This document shows, piece by piece, positions 22,058 through 35,769 of a stretch of DNA of 64,000 nucleotides (positions within the stretch are counted from its first letter, which is position 1; every line of letters starts with the position of its first letter). This stretch comes from Anthoceros angustus. Lineage: Eukaryota; Plantae; Anthocerotophyta. The position numbers and the translations under genes were made by a program. Location: positions 1,054,001 through 1,118,000 of the forward strand of contig MU008173.1 in NCBI GenBank assembly GCA_010909165.1, given 5' to 3'. The notes below the pieces were generated by a model, which was not told the DNA's origin, did not search any database, and was given only the letters and a program-made list of their open reading frames with translations.

Positions 22058-22303
22058 GCAGTAGCACACGTTTAGATTAAACTCTCAGGCTTCATCCACT
22101 GTGCTTGTCTGCTCACTTGAATTTGTTGTTCTCATCACTCCCCTAACCCTAAACTCCTCTCATGTGCAGGTTGGCAGTAGGCAAAAGCTGAAGACGGACT
22201 GATCTCAGGACCTGTCCGTGTGAGCCCACGCGACTCACACACTCAGCTTTCACCAACATTTTTGACAGCTCTTGCTCCCACTGCCTTGCTGCTGGAGTAG
22301 GAT

Positions 22304-25300
22304 TTAGGTGGGTTTAGGAGTGACTTTAAACTCTCGCAGCCCAAGGGCTGCCATGTGTTTGTAATGTTTGAACTTCGGCAGTCCCTTTGTGAACAGATCT
22401 GCTGTGTTGTCTTCAGTGTTTACATATTCCACCTTGCCCAGCCCTCTCTCAGCAACGTCTCTTATATAATGGTGGTACTGTTCTATATGCTTGGTCCTCG
22501 CATGGAACCGAGGATTGGAGACGAGTGCAATAGCAGACATGTTGTCACACCTAAGTTGAGTGGCTCCAATCTGTGTTTGTTTGATTGACTCCAAGAATTG
22601 GCGCTCCCATTCTGCTTCTTTACATGCATCCGTCAATGCCTTATACCGCTTGATGAAGATGAGCTAACGACGCTTGCTTCTTACTACCTCAATTCTTGCA
22701 CGGACACTAAGAGAAAAGCAGTCAGACTTTTACGTGTGTCGAATCGGCCCAACTGCATCGGCAAAGGAGGTAAGTACAAACTTCTTATCCCCACTAATTT
22801 GTGTAGTGTAATCCCCATGTCAACGTTCCTTTCAAATACCGCTGCCCAGTGGGCTCTGCCAGGTGACTTGAGAAATTGGGATACAAGACTCACAGCATAT
22901 GAGATGTCTGGACGTGTCCAGTTGGCTAGGAAAATCAGGCAACCAACGGCTTCGGCATAAGGGACAGCAGCCATGTCAGAAACATCAATTGAACTACGAG
23001 GTGACTGTTCGGTTAGTTTCTCCCACCGAAGGTGTAGTTCGACGCTTCATCAAGATGAAACCTCTTGAGTATTTCCTTAATATACTTTGTTTGATGCATG
23101 ATTATGGTGCCCGCTCACGTTGTCTAAGAATTTGAATTCCCAAGCAGAACTGCAGCTCACCTTGATCTGTCATTTCAAATTCGGATCGAAGCATGTTCTT
23201 GACCACGTGAGCGTGATGTGTCATTGGTAACAAGAATGGCATCATCCACATAGAGTGCCAAGATGACAAACATGCTGCCATCAGCGAAGAAGAAAACATT
23301 TGAGTCTGCAGGGGACTGTATGAAACCAAGCTTCTTCAAGAACTTGACAATCCGTTTGTACCATGCCCTGGGGCTTTGCTTCAGGCCATACAAGGTTTTG
23401 AGCAACTTGCACACCTTTTTAGGCCATTTTTTACTAACAAAGCCCTCTGGTTGGAGCATGTACAGGATCTCTTCAAGTTCACCGTGAAGAAACGCCGTGC
23501 AGACATCCATTTGATGCACTTCTAAGTCAAACTCAGCTGCCATTGCCAGAAGTATCCTAACAGACGGTGGTTTAACTACAGGAGAAAAGGTATCCCCATA
23601 GTCCAATCCTGGTATTTGACTGAACCCTCTGGCAACTAATCTTGACTTATAACGGGCAACTGTACCATCTGCATGGAGTTTGGTTTTGAAAACCCATTTG
23701 CAGCTGATAGGCTTGCGTCCTGGTGGCAGGTCCACAAGCTCCCATGTTTGATTCTTCATCAAAGAATTATACTCGTCATCAATGGATTGTCTCCACTTGT
23801 CACCATCGAGTCCGTTCGATTGCTTGAGAAAAGATTGTGGGTCGGCACGCCGAATCTGATAACCTCTGTCATTTGCTGCCTAAAGTCAGCATTCATATGG
23901 TTTTCCAACGTTTTCCGAGTACGTCTCTCACGTGCTAGGATAACGTGGTGGATCAGTTACAGGCGGTTGGTTACGTGGAACAACATCCGGTTCAATGTCG
24001 GAGAGTAGGTCATCGAGAATCTTTGTGATGCAAAAGAGCCTTCACTCACGAGCAGGTCTCAAGCTGCTCCCGATCGCTCATCATTGGAGTCCTCGGTGAA
24101 GAAGTCATGTATGTTACCATTGCGGCATCCATTTGTTCTCCATCCGACCTTTGGGAACTCATGAGCTGTAAATATCTAGATCATCATCTTCTACCTTATC
24201 GGGATTAAAGTTTCTTTGTTGAGCAGGAGCTACATCGCAGTGTGAAAAGATCACCACCTTTTTAGTGGCAGTAGGTAACCTCCTCAACATGTGCTTGGGA
24301 TCCCTCACGGTGAGGAGCTCATCAAAAGTTACACTCCTTGCCAAGGTAATCTTAGAAGTTTTAGGATCATATAATTTATCGCCTTAGTTTCTCGAGTAGC
24401 CTAAGAATATCGGCCTTTTTCATCTAACTTTCTACGTTTACATCTTGGAATGTAGGCATACGCAAGAGATCCAAAAACTCTTAGATGCAGCAGACTAGGT
24501 TTTCTACCCCAGAAGGACTCATACGGTGTTGAACCCGTGAGACTAGGTTTTCTACCCAGAAGGACTCATACGGTGTTGAACCCGGCAGAGACTTTGTCAA
24601 GACCCTGTTTAATATATAAGTTGCAGCAACAATGGCTTCTGCCCAAAACCGCTTGGACAAACCTGCCCATGTGAGCATGCTGCGAGTCATTCCCATAAGT
24701 GTTTGATTTTTGCGTTACCACCCGTTTCTTTCTTGTGTATAAGGTCACGGTACTTGTAATCCCGTACTCTTCAAGTAGTGAATCATATTTGTGGCCTATA
24801 AACTCACCTCCATTGTCTGATCGCAGGCACTTGACCAGTCGTCCCGTCTGCCTTTGTACCATGGGAATCCACGAAGCTATCTTATCAAAGGCCTCACTTT
24901 TCAGTTTGAGTGGGAAGGTCCAAGTGTACCTACTAAAGTCATCTGTGAGTGACAAGTAATACTCAGCTCCTCCTAATGAAGGCACTTGCATCTTTCCAGC
25001 AATGTCCATGTGGACCAGCCCTAGAACATCATTCGCTCTTGTAGCAGTTTTGTTCTTGAAGGGCAGCTCCTTCTGTTTGGAGAGGACACATGACTTGCAT
25101 ACTGCAAGATTTTTGAAGCATGAAGGTAACTTCTCTTTGTAGTAGTCACCAGAGGACATGAGGTCCAACTTGACCTTGTTCACATGTCCAAGTCTCGCAT
25201 GCCATAGGTTCGCTTGAGACCTAGATGTAGTAACATTTACTGCCAGATTATGATCTCCCACAGTCAGCTGGTAGAGGTCATTAATCAGGAGTCCTTTTGC

Positions 25301-27014
25301 TAAGCACACATTAGGTTGTAATAGACTATACAAACAGCATGAGTCCTTCTCGAAGCGAAAAGCAAACTCACGGCGTTTGGTGAGAGCTCGATTGACAGCA
25401 GGTTCTTTGACATAGCTGGAACATAAAGTACATCCAGCAGTTCCAACGTGAACCTTTGAAGCAGTACCTTCAGTTCCACTTCCATGTACTCCCACAGCAC
25501 GTGAATCTCCCACATACACTGATTGTGGAGATTTCTGTTTTGTGAAGGTAGTGAACAGATGGCGATTGTTACACACATGTGAAGTCGCCCCTGAGTCAAT
25601 GAACCAGAGAGAAGATGTTTCTCTCGACGAAGTCAAGCAGACTGTCAAAACTGTTAAGCTGCTCTTATGAGCACTTTGAGAGCTTGACGGCTTGTTGCCT
25701 TTTTCAGCAACATGTGCTTCTGGTTTTGACTCCTTCTGAGCCTCACCAGCTTTCTTCTTACGACAATCTCGTTCCCAGTGGCCAGGCAGTTGGCACCAAT
25801 TGCAGTTGCCTTGCCTTTTGGGATTTCCAGACGAGGCTTTCTTCCCCTTATCCTTCCCCTTCCCAAAAGGTTTCTTAGAAGCAACTAACACCTTCTCTGT
25901 TCTGACTTTTGCAGAACCAGACGTGAATCTCCACATACAATCGATTGTGGAGATTTACATTTTGTGAAGGTAGTGAGCAGGATGGCGATTGTTACACACA
26001 TGTGAAGTCGCCCGAGTCAATGAACCGGAGAGAAGATGTTTCTCTCGGCAGTCAGCCATCAAAGCTGTTGCTCTTATGAACACTTTGAGAGCTTGAAGGC
26101 TTGTTGCCTTTTTCAACAACATGTGCTTGGTTTTGACTCCTTCGAGCCTCACTCTCTTCTTCTTCGACAATCTCGTTCCGGTGGCGGGCGGTTGGCACCA
26201 ATTGCAGGTTGCCTTTTGGGATTTCCGGATGGTGACTTCCCTTATCCTTCCCCTTCCCAAAAGGTTTCTTAGAAGCAACTAAAACCTTCTCTGTTCTGAC
26301 TTTTGCAGAACCAGAAGGACGCTGGCGTGACTGCTCTTCTTGATAGAGAGCACCCACAAGCTCATTGAAAGTGAGTGTGGAGACACCACCAGCTTGGACT
26401 GCGGCAACGGACGTTCGTAAGGCTACATTCTGTGTGGACACAAAATTTTGATAGGGCGAGGAAGATCGGACAACGGCAACTGTCTATATCGAATCACGGT
26501 TCCTCCCGGTACATGTATCATTGTCTTAAGTAGCGGAAGCGGGAAATGTGAGTACCCATGATGTCCCCATCCTTCATTCTGAGTCCATAGAAATCGTTCC
26601 TAGCAGCAACAAGGGTTAAAATATTCCTCACTTGATACGTATCTATCAATTGAGTCCATATTCGCTGTTGTGTAAATTCAACCATCACGTGGCCTCATCC
26701 AGGCCCGACAGTAGTATAGCAAATGCAAGTTTGTTACCCTTCTTCCACTTATCTATGTCGGTTTGTTGTCAGATCTTGGTTTGGAAATGGTGCCATCGAC
26801 ATACTCCAACGTCCCCGCATCAAGAATGGCTTTCATTCGAGCACGCCCGACTCTCAGCGGTGGGGCTTCCCATCGAGCGATCTTTTTCCTTAAAGTCACC
26901 AGAAAAGGAAGATCCCACTGTGAAAGAGGTTGATGCTGCAGTATTCATGGCTCCAGGTCCACCAGTCAAATCAAGTGCGGCAAACTGTGCAAGAAGTTGA
27001 TCAAGAGCAGACAT
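22304..27014 (-). CDS. Copia gag-pol polyprotein (frameshifted, partly duplicated; second gag copy at 28224-28690)
   Basis: gag FDGKPHRFESWRARMKAILDARDVL; CCHC CNWCQLPGHWERDC; protease WFIDSGATSHVC; GAG-pre-integrase LWHARLGH; integrase LVHMDIAG..., LRSDNGGEF; RT WVFKTK, YKSRLVARGFSQ, HQMDVCTAFLHG, LYGLKQSPRAW, LYVDD; RNase H CDNMSAIAL..NP.FHARTKHI, DNTADLFTKGL. Confidence 0.92.
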
Positions 27015-30000
27015 GTGCTATACAGAAATGAACAGGTGCAGTCGTCAATAGGCATGCTGCTACAACACACGAAACGACGTGGGAGGTAAGCAACAGACCC
27101 ATTACTACGAAACGCTATCCTGTCATGCCAAACTTAAGATTACTTAAACTTAATTAAATAAATTTTACCCTAACTGTCACATGTCCCAAGACTTGGAACG
27201 TCATGTCTATCGATGTTGTATGCATTGGTAGGCAACCATCCTCCGTGTCGGAAGAAAGCAGTAGGGAAGCAAAGGCTGCCTTCGTCACCACCTTCCTCAA
27301 GATTGTGACGCTTCAGACCGTAACATCGAAGGTAGGAGCCCAAACTCTCAAGTGTGGGCATCGGGGATGCTAACAGCGGCCGTTGGAGCTTAAATCGTGT
27401 AAATGGTCTTTGGAGCAACATTCATCACAGTCACTCGGATAAGATTTCTGAAGAATTGGCATCGACTCAGGCGTTCTTCCAACACTGCAATTCTAATGTA
27501 GATTAGTTGCCGATGAAGTTCGCCAGTATCAGCACGAGATCTGATTGCTGCATCCCGTTCTCTGAATTCTTGTGCAGGATTCACGCGAGGAGTTGGGAGG
27601 TTGGCCCCTTCAGCACGATGGTACTCAACGTCCGTGCATCGAAATGGTGGGAAGACACTTGAAGAAGCTTGATGTCCCGTTTCTGATCTTTGGCTTTGGG
27701 CGATTGTTACACACATGTGAAGTCGCCTCGAGTCAATGAACCAGAGAAGATGTTTCTCTCGAAGTCAAGCAGTCAAAATCATAGCTGCTCTTATGAACAC
27801 TTTGAGAGCTTGAAGGCTTGTTGCCTTTTCAGAACATGTGCTTGGTTTTGACTCCTTCGAGCCTCACGACTCTCTTCTTCACGACAATCTCGTTCGGTGG
27901 CGATTGGCACCAATTGTTGCCTTGCCTTTTGGGATTTCGGATGGTGACTTCCCTTATCCTTCCCTTCCCAAAAGGTTTCTTAGAAGCAACTAAAACCTTC
28001 TCGTCGACTTTTGCAGAACCGGAAGGACGGCGTGTTGCTCTTCTTGATAGAGAGCACCCACAAGCTCATTGAAAGTGAGTGTGGAGACACCACCCGGCTT
28101 GGATCATGCGGACGTCAGAAGGCTACATGTGGACACAAAATTTTGATAGGGCGAGGAAGATCGGACAACGCGGCACAGGTTCTATATCGAATCTGGTTCC
28201 TCCCATTTGACATTATCATTGTCTTAAGTAGCGGAAGGAATGTGAGTACCCATGATGTCCCCATCCTTCATTCTGAGTCCATAGAAATCGTTCCTAGCAG
28301 CAACAAGGGTTAAAATATTCCTCACTTGATACGTATCTATCAATTGAGTCCATACTTCTGCTGCTGTTGGCAGAAATTCAACTTCTGTCACTGTGGCCTC
28401 ATCCAGGCCCGACAGTAGTATAGCAAATGCAAGTTTGTTACCCTTCTTCCACTTATCTATGTCAGTTTGTTGTGCTGTAGATGCTGGTTTGGAAATGGTG
28501 CCATCGACATACTCCAGAACGTCCCTGGCATCAAGAATGGCTTTCATTCGAGCACGCCAGCTCTCAAAGCGGTGGGGCTTCCCATCGAAGCGATCTTTTT
28601 CCTTAAAGTCACCGGAAAAGGAAGATCCCATGAAAGAGGTTGATGCCGCGATTCATGGCTCGGTCCACCAAATCAAGTGCGAAACGTGCAAGAAGTTGAT
28701 CAAGAGCGGATATGTGCTATACGAAATGAAGTGATCGTCAATAGGCATCTTGCTACAACACACACGAAACGACGTGGGAGGTAAGCAATGCACCCATTAC
28801 TACGAAACGCTATCTGTCATGCCAAACTTAAGATTACTTAAACTTAATTAAATAAATTTTACCCTAACGTCACATGTCCCAAGACTTGGAACGTCATGTC
28901 TATCGATGTTATGCATTGGTAGGCTGCAACCATCCTCCGTGTCGGAAGAAAAGCGAAGCAAAGGCTGCCTTCGTCACCACCTTCCTCTGAAGATTGTGAC
29001 GTTTCAGATCTCGTAACATCAGCAAGGTAGGGAGCCCAAACTCTCAAGTGTGGGCATCGTGATGCTAGCAAATCGTGCTATCGGCTTGGAGCAAATCGTG
29101 TAAATGGTCTTTGGAGCAACATTCATCACAGTCCTCGGATAAGATTTCTGAAGAATTGGCATCGACTCGCTCTTCCAACACCGCAATTCTAATGTAGATT
29201 AGTTGCCGGCGAAGTTCGCCAGATGTCGACGAGATCCGATTCTTGCATCCGTTCTCGAATTCTTGTGCGTGATTCACGCGAGGAGTTGGGAGGTTGGCCC
29301 CTTGACGATGGTACTCAACGTCCGCATCGAAATGGTGGGAAGACACTTGAAGAAGCTTGATGTCCGTTTACGATCTTTGGCTTTGGGCAGGATTGTTGTT
29401 CCTCCTAAAGCCGTGAGGACCCAGCACTCCTCTCCTCCGTGTCTTCCTGGTTCTTACACCAGCATGATCGCTGTGAGGCCCTACTTGTAGTGTCCTGTGC
29501 TAGGATGCAGTGAGACAATGCCAATTCGCATTGAATCTAGACTACAATCGCCACAGGACTACGTAGACAGGCTCGATACCATGCTAATTTACGAGCATGT
29601 GTGCAAGACACTAAACAATACACAAAAGCAAGAATACAACAACTATGTTTTACTCGCAATTAAAGCGTCTTATATACAACGTGTTTTCGTAATCCTAAAA
29701 CACTTAACCCTAATGTAGGTTATAAACATTAAATAACCATTCGTTATTCAACACCTGTTGGAGAACACGCAATAACTCTGACAAGAATGTTCCCGACCAG
29801 CCATCCGATTGTCGCATCCGTTCTCAATTCTGTGCGATTCACGCGAGGAGTTGGGAGGTTGGCCTTCAAAGATGGTACTCAACGTCCGCATCGAAATGGT
29901 GGGAAGACACTTGAAGAAGCTTGATGTCCTGCTTCGATCTTTGGCTTTGGGCGATTGTTGTTCCTCCTAAAGCCGTGAGGACTCGCACCTCCTCCGTGTC

Positions 30001-32339
30001 ATCCTGGTTCTTACACCAAGATGATCGGTGTGCGGCCCTTCTTGTACCGTGCTAGGATGCGTGAGACAATGCCAAGCATTGAATCTAGACTACAATCACC
30101 ATGTGACTGCTGCATGTGGCTCTCGATACCATGCTAATTTACGAGCATGTGTGCAAGACACTAAACAATACACAAAAGCAAGAATACAACAACTATGTTT
30201 TACTGCAATTAAAGCGTCTTATACAACGTGTTTTCGTAATCCTAAAACACTTAACCCTAATGTAGGTTATAAACATTAAATAACCATTCGTTATTCAACA
30301 CCTGTTGGAGAACACGCAATAGCTCTGACAAGAATGTTCCCGACCAGCCATCCGATTGTCGCATCCGTTCTCAATTCTGTGCGATTCACGCGAGGAGTTG
30401 GGAGGTTGGCCTTCAAAGATGGTACTCAACGTCCGCATCGAAATGGTGGGAAGACACTTGAAGAAGCTTGATGTCCTGCTTCGATCTTTGGCTTTGGGCG
30501 ATTGTTGTTCCTCCTAAAGCCGTGAGGACTCGCACCTCCTCCGTGTCATCCTGGTTCTTACACCAAGATGATCGGTGTGCGGCCCTTCTTGTACCGTGCT
30601 AGGATGCGTGAGACAATGCCAATTCGCATTGAATCTAGACTACAATCACCATGTGACTGCTGCATGTGGCTCTCGATACCATGCTAATTTACGAGCATGT
30701 GTGCAAGACACTAAACAATACACAAAAGCAAGAATACAACAACTATGTTTTACTGCAATTAAAGCGTCTTATATACAACGTGTTTTCGTAATCCTAAAAC
30801 ACTTAACCCTAATGTAGGTTATAAACATTAAATAACCATTCGTTATTCAACACCCTGTTGGAGAACACGCAATAGCTACCGACAAGAATGTTCCCAGCCA
30901 CTGTCTGACGATTGCTAATACGATCTATCAATCCAAGCAAACGTGGATAGTCCTCTGAAAAGTAAGAACAATTAATTCCGAAGCCTCTGCTGCAGGAATG
31001 TGGATGCTCAGGGAATACAAACTGATAATATTGCACAGCCAAGTTAGCAGTAGCTGAACTTGTCGCTGCGTTAGGAGTTCATCATTGCATCCACACCGTA
31101 GCCTCTACCGACATCAAAGAAGGCTGCCCCTGAGCCACCTAGAACTTACCCGGTCCAGTCTGTGGATCAATGCAACATAGTCACTGCAAGTGACATTGTT
31201 CCCAAGGGCACAAAAGCCGTTCATCCACTCTTTGAACAACCACCTGCATGGGAAGGCAATTCCTCGAATGTAACAACTCGCAATCGACAACAAACAAGCT
31301 GTCAGGAGTTAAAACCATTAAACCCATCCTCGACTTCACATGCAACACAAGCGTGATGCACCTTGATCCGTGGTAGAGTTGGGTAACAACAGCCATTCTT
31401 GTTGCACAAGCAGAAAAACCCGGATAATGTCAAGCGACATCCCGCAAATGGCGGTAGGAGGATAAATTGTCCATTCAACTAACCTATGCACATGCGGCCA
31501 ATTATTCTTGACCTGCACTAGAACTTTTCACCACCAATTACAACTGCATCCGTCAAAGTCTTGGATCAAGTAAAATGCCAACGCCATCAGTACACCTACT
31601 CAACACCCACATCCTAAATACGCAAGAGATAGGCCAGCCTGCAGACACTCTACCCTTGCTCGTACCTGTAGAAATTCTTGGACCCTCCGATTGCAACTAG
31701 ACAGTATGCTTTGGTGAGCTTTGAAAACACCCCGATCTCACTGCTGTTTTCAAACTGCAGACCTGCAGGAAGCACAAAAGCAGCACCCCAGTATCCATGA
31801 TACAAGCCTACAACCGAGTCGGGCAACCATGACAACCGATTACTCAGTTCAAGTTTGGTACTCCAAATCCTATGTTAGCATTCAAGACGCCACACCCAGG
31901 TGTTTGGGCAATCTTACGGAGTGCATATGCCGAATGCGAGAGGTTGCTGCTCCAAGTAGAGAAAAGGCCTGCTCACATGTGGTTTGCCGTTTCGGACACT
32001 TGGCTCATAGGGTGTCGCAGCGTGCGTGGCCATGGTGTGCATCCACGGTGAGCTACGGGTGTGAATCTACATGAGTGTGACTTGGTGTACATGTGAATCT
32101 GTGCATAGGACCATAGCCCTTAGCAGTGGCAGGGCCGGGTGCCAAATAGTCGATCGCGGCAGCGTGCGCTCGGTGTGAATCTACATGAGTGTGACTTGGT
32201 GTACATGTGAATGCAGCATAGGACCATAGCCCTTAACGAGCAGGGGAACCGGGTGCCAAATAGTCGACGCGACGCCAGGCGCGGCACGGTGGGTTCCACC
32301 ACGGGGTTGGATCGCCACCGCGGTGGCCCACCTGCAGCG

Positions 32340-32500
32340 GTGGCGGAATCCCTGCGGTGGCGGAATCCACCACGGCGGTGGCGGAATCCACCACGGCGGT
32401 GGCGGAATCCACCACGGCGGTGGCGGAATCCACCACGGCATTGGCGGAATCCACCACGGCGGTGGCCGAACCCACCACGGCGGTGGTCGAACTTACCACG
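32340..32500 (+). repeat. 21-bp tandem repeat (ggtggcggaatccaccacggc) in the LTR; related arrays at about 36440-36540, 38310-38400 and 59410-59480
   Basis: Read directly. Confidence 0.85.
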
Positions 32501-33134
32501 GTCGTGGGATCGGGCACGGTAGTTGATTATGGCTGGGTAGGAACTGATTGTAGGAGGACTAGAATCCATAGTTTTAGAACATCTTGACACAAAACCATTC
32601 CCTTGGGATCGAATCCTAGGACTATAACGACATAGAGGGTAAATGTGGCCTCTTTGCGTCTTCGGATGCAAAAACCCATTCCACATTTTGGCGCCGTTGC
32701 CGGGGAATGAAACTGCTGTCAGGATTATAGGAAAGACTAACCATAGCTTAGGTGTCTAGTCTTTGAGTGTATTTAGTTTGGTAGATGGATGCCACGAGTT
32801 GAGTCGGAGGATTCAGAGTCAAGTCGGGAAGAGAAGCCTCAAGCGAAGCGACAGCGCCAAGCAGTGGAAAGGTTGAAAAGGGTTGCGGATCGGGAGTTGA
32901 GGAGGACCCAATTGGAGGACGCACTTGCTGGAAGGAAGGAGGCAAGGAATCAACCAGGGATCGGGGGTCCGATCTTGTTGGAGCAAGATCCCCAATCTCT
33001 GGTCTTGGACGAGGTACCACGGCCGAGGAACCTTGGACCAAACTTGTCTTGACCTCTCTTCCAGTGTGTGCATGTGCGGTCAATCAACTTCCAGACCGTC
33101 GAATCAACCACTGCATCGAATCACCACGATAGTC

Positions 33135-34179
33135 ATGTCCACCACCGTGCCGGTGGTGGTCACCACCAAGCAACCTTACCCGTTGTATGGAGAGGGGAAG
33201 GGGTATGAGGATCCTGATGAATTTGTTGAGCGTTTTGAGCAGTTGACATTTGCAAACCAGGAAGTGGGCGATGCACAGCGCATTCAACTGTTCTATGGAG
33301 TTCTTCGGGGCGGTCCAGCAAAGTGGTACAGGCGCGAGTACCTCAAGTCAGCCACACCCCCAACCACCTTTGAAGAATTGAAGAATGCCTTCTGTGAGAG
33401 GTTTAGGGGGATTGACATGGAGGGCTACGTGTTGTCCAAACTTGAGAGGTTACAAAGAGAGAGGAAGGAAACCTTGCAAGCGTATGTTGAGAGGTTTCAC
33501 AACTTACGTGATCGTAGTGGTCCTCATTCAGAGCTGCAGGCAATACGGTGGTTCGCTAAAGGCCTGGGTTCTAAGATGGGGAGACACGTAAGGTTGCAAG
33601 CGGAGAAGAATTTGGGCAAGGCTATCAAGGCGGCGCTAAATTATGAGGAATCCAACCCGCAGGAGATGAAGAAGGCTAGGAAGGACAGGAGGAAGCCCAA
33701 AACAGGGAAAAAGAGAAGGGATTCCTCATCGCCCCTGGAGAAAGTTCCTCAGAGAGGAAAGCTCCTCAAGATTCCCTGAGGATTCCATGGAGGAAGAAAC
33801 GAGTGACTTGGAGGAAGATTCGATGGGGAGCGCCGGGAGGAAAAAGAAGAAATCAAGGGGTGAAGTGGAAGGGAAGAAGAGCTGCATGGGGAACAAAGAG
33901 TCGAGGCGAAACAAGAGGCGTTGTATGCAAAAAGATGCGGAGCAAGCAAGGAGGGAGGCCGAGGCGGCAACCAAGAAAGTGGAACAACACAGTGGAGGCG
34001 AGAGGGCCAAACCCAATTCGAAGAGGGGGAAGGGAGACGAGATGGCCTCGAATGAGAAGGGGAGAAAGAGCTTCACAAAACTGACGCATCTCGAAATTTG
34101 TGAGTATCTGGCCAAATTCCTCAAAACCTCTCTAAGGTACAGCAACCGGCGTTCGTCCATTACTCGCGACCGTTCGTAA
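33135..34179 (+). CDS. Retrotransposon gag (one apparent frameshift near 33730), basic/acidic low-complexity tail
   Basis: YEDPDEFVERFEQL, LRGGPAKWY, TFEELKNAFCERF, LERLQRERKETLQAYVERF and WFAKGL are Ty3/gypsy capsid signatures. Confidence 0.85.
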
Positions 34180-35769
34180 GACACAAGACCAAGTTATATC
34201 GAATGGGACCGGACGGTAACAAACGGTTATGGGCGACGACTGAGCAGGTGGATGAGTCCGTTCAGGGTCCTGGAGGTTTTCCACAATGGTTCCATCCAGC
34301 TGCAGTATTTGAATGGGTCGCCTTTGCCAACCAAAGTTGGTTGGCGAGTTGAAAAGTATTATCAATAAGTTGGCGAGGACGCCAACAAATGAGAAGGGGA
34401 GTATGTGGAAGACCACATGTACACTAACCCTCCCCGGACTATTGGTTTGAATGTTTTTTTGTTTTTCTTATGTTTTGTGTGATGGAGTGCTTAGGAAATG
34501 TCCGAGGCAAGGCCTTTTATACTAAAATGGTCCTTGGCCCATGACAATATTACTTTTACAAATAATTAGTCCTTGGGCCTCGAACTGAATATCGGCCAGC
34601 TAGAAGGTCCTTGGACCTTGGGATTTTAGGAATAAAATTGTCTATATAAGGTGGGGATCCTTCATTCGACAGGGGCCGGGAACAAGTGGAGACGCCTGCA
34701 CCTCCGGAGAAGTTCGAAGCTAGCGGAGAGGTATAAGCGGAGAGAGGTGAGGCTAGGGCTGTGGTCAAGAGAGGCGAGGCGAAACAAGAAGGTAGAAACA
34801 AGCCACCGTCATGAAGAAGGACCCAAGGTGGGGAAGCCACCACGGTGGTGGAGCCACCACCGTCATGAGCGACCACCACGGTGGTGGAGCCGCCATCGTC
34901 ATGAAGAAGGACCCAAGGTGGGGAAGCCACCGTCGAGGCCAGGAGGGGATGCAACCCCTCGATTCCGTGAAGCAACCAGCCGGATTGTCCACGGAGCCGC
35001 ATACCCTTCACAGGTTGTGCTCGAGGAAATGAGCAAGGCGGAGGCTAGAGCATGGATGGAGGAACGCCTTGTTGGCATCCGGTGATGAGGAGCGAGGAAA
35101 CGTGCAGGGGCGAGAGACGGCGCCTCCTAGGAGGAGTGAAGGGACCTCGGATAGCGGGAGTGAGGTGGAGATATTAAGGGAGGATCTTCGGATCGGGCGT
35201 GGTAGGAGAGCGAGGGAACACCCATGGGCCGCAGGCTAGGCGGCCACAGGGGGGCTGATTTTAGAGGGAGCGGCATCATAGGTCGAGGCTTTCACTTGGA
35301 TTAGAGGATAAGGTGCTAGGAAGCTTGTGAATTTGTAGATACCGAATTGGTAGGCGCTCATGGTAGGTTAGCCATCTTTAAACCGAGGTAGGTTAGCCAT
35401 CTTTAGACCTTGGGAAAGTGAGCTATGGCGCCGGCGGATGTATAAGAGACCCTTGAGTGTCTCTCTTAGACAATTTCGGTGTGAGCTCCGTGTGTCGAAT
35501 TTGTGCGCGTGGTTGGTTGGAGACATCCGATCGATGATGGGCTGATTCATTGTCTTGTCCTCTCGTCACAAGAGGGCGGGAGATCCTGGATGGTCGAGAG
35601 CCGAGTGACCAAGCTCCGTCTGGGGTGACTAGTGGTGAAGGGTGCTCAATGCATGCTAGAGAGGGAAATTCTGGGGACCGGGTGAGATCGCGGGTGCGAA
35701 TCGCCTGGAGCCGACCATGTTTTCCTTTCCCAACCCATGTCTAACCAGATTGTGTCTAATCCCAAGGAA

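Larger units (their letters stand above)
21194..30852 (-). mobile_element. Full-length Ty1/copia LTR retrotransposon with 5-bp TSD CCCTG; internal segments and the 5' LTR junction are stuttered
   Basis: TG..CA LTRs of 172 bp at 21194-21365 and 29582-29753, repeated at 30132-30300 and 30682-30852. PBS TGGTATCGAGC (tRNA-iMet-like) at 29581-29571; PPT-like ggttaagtgggag at 21378-21366. CCCTG at 21189-21193 and 30853-30857. Domain order gag-PR-IN-RT-RH. Confidence 0.95.
20819..31926 (-). pseudogene. eIF6: Eukaryotic translation initiation factor 6, disrupted by a copia insertion in a coding exon
   Basis: Exon 31762-31666 (97 bp, AG/GT) encodes [31 protein letters not shown]. Garbled middle exons give NKNGLLLPNSTTDQ and QVVVQRVDERL..LGN..TCSDYVALIH.DLDR. 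RQTVAGNILVGSYCVFSNR ends at the insertion; GGL resumes at about 21189, then an intron, then the last exon [36 protein letters not shown]...[22 protein letters not shown] (stop 20819). A putative micro-exon 1 lies at 31926-31918. Confidence 0.9.
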
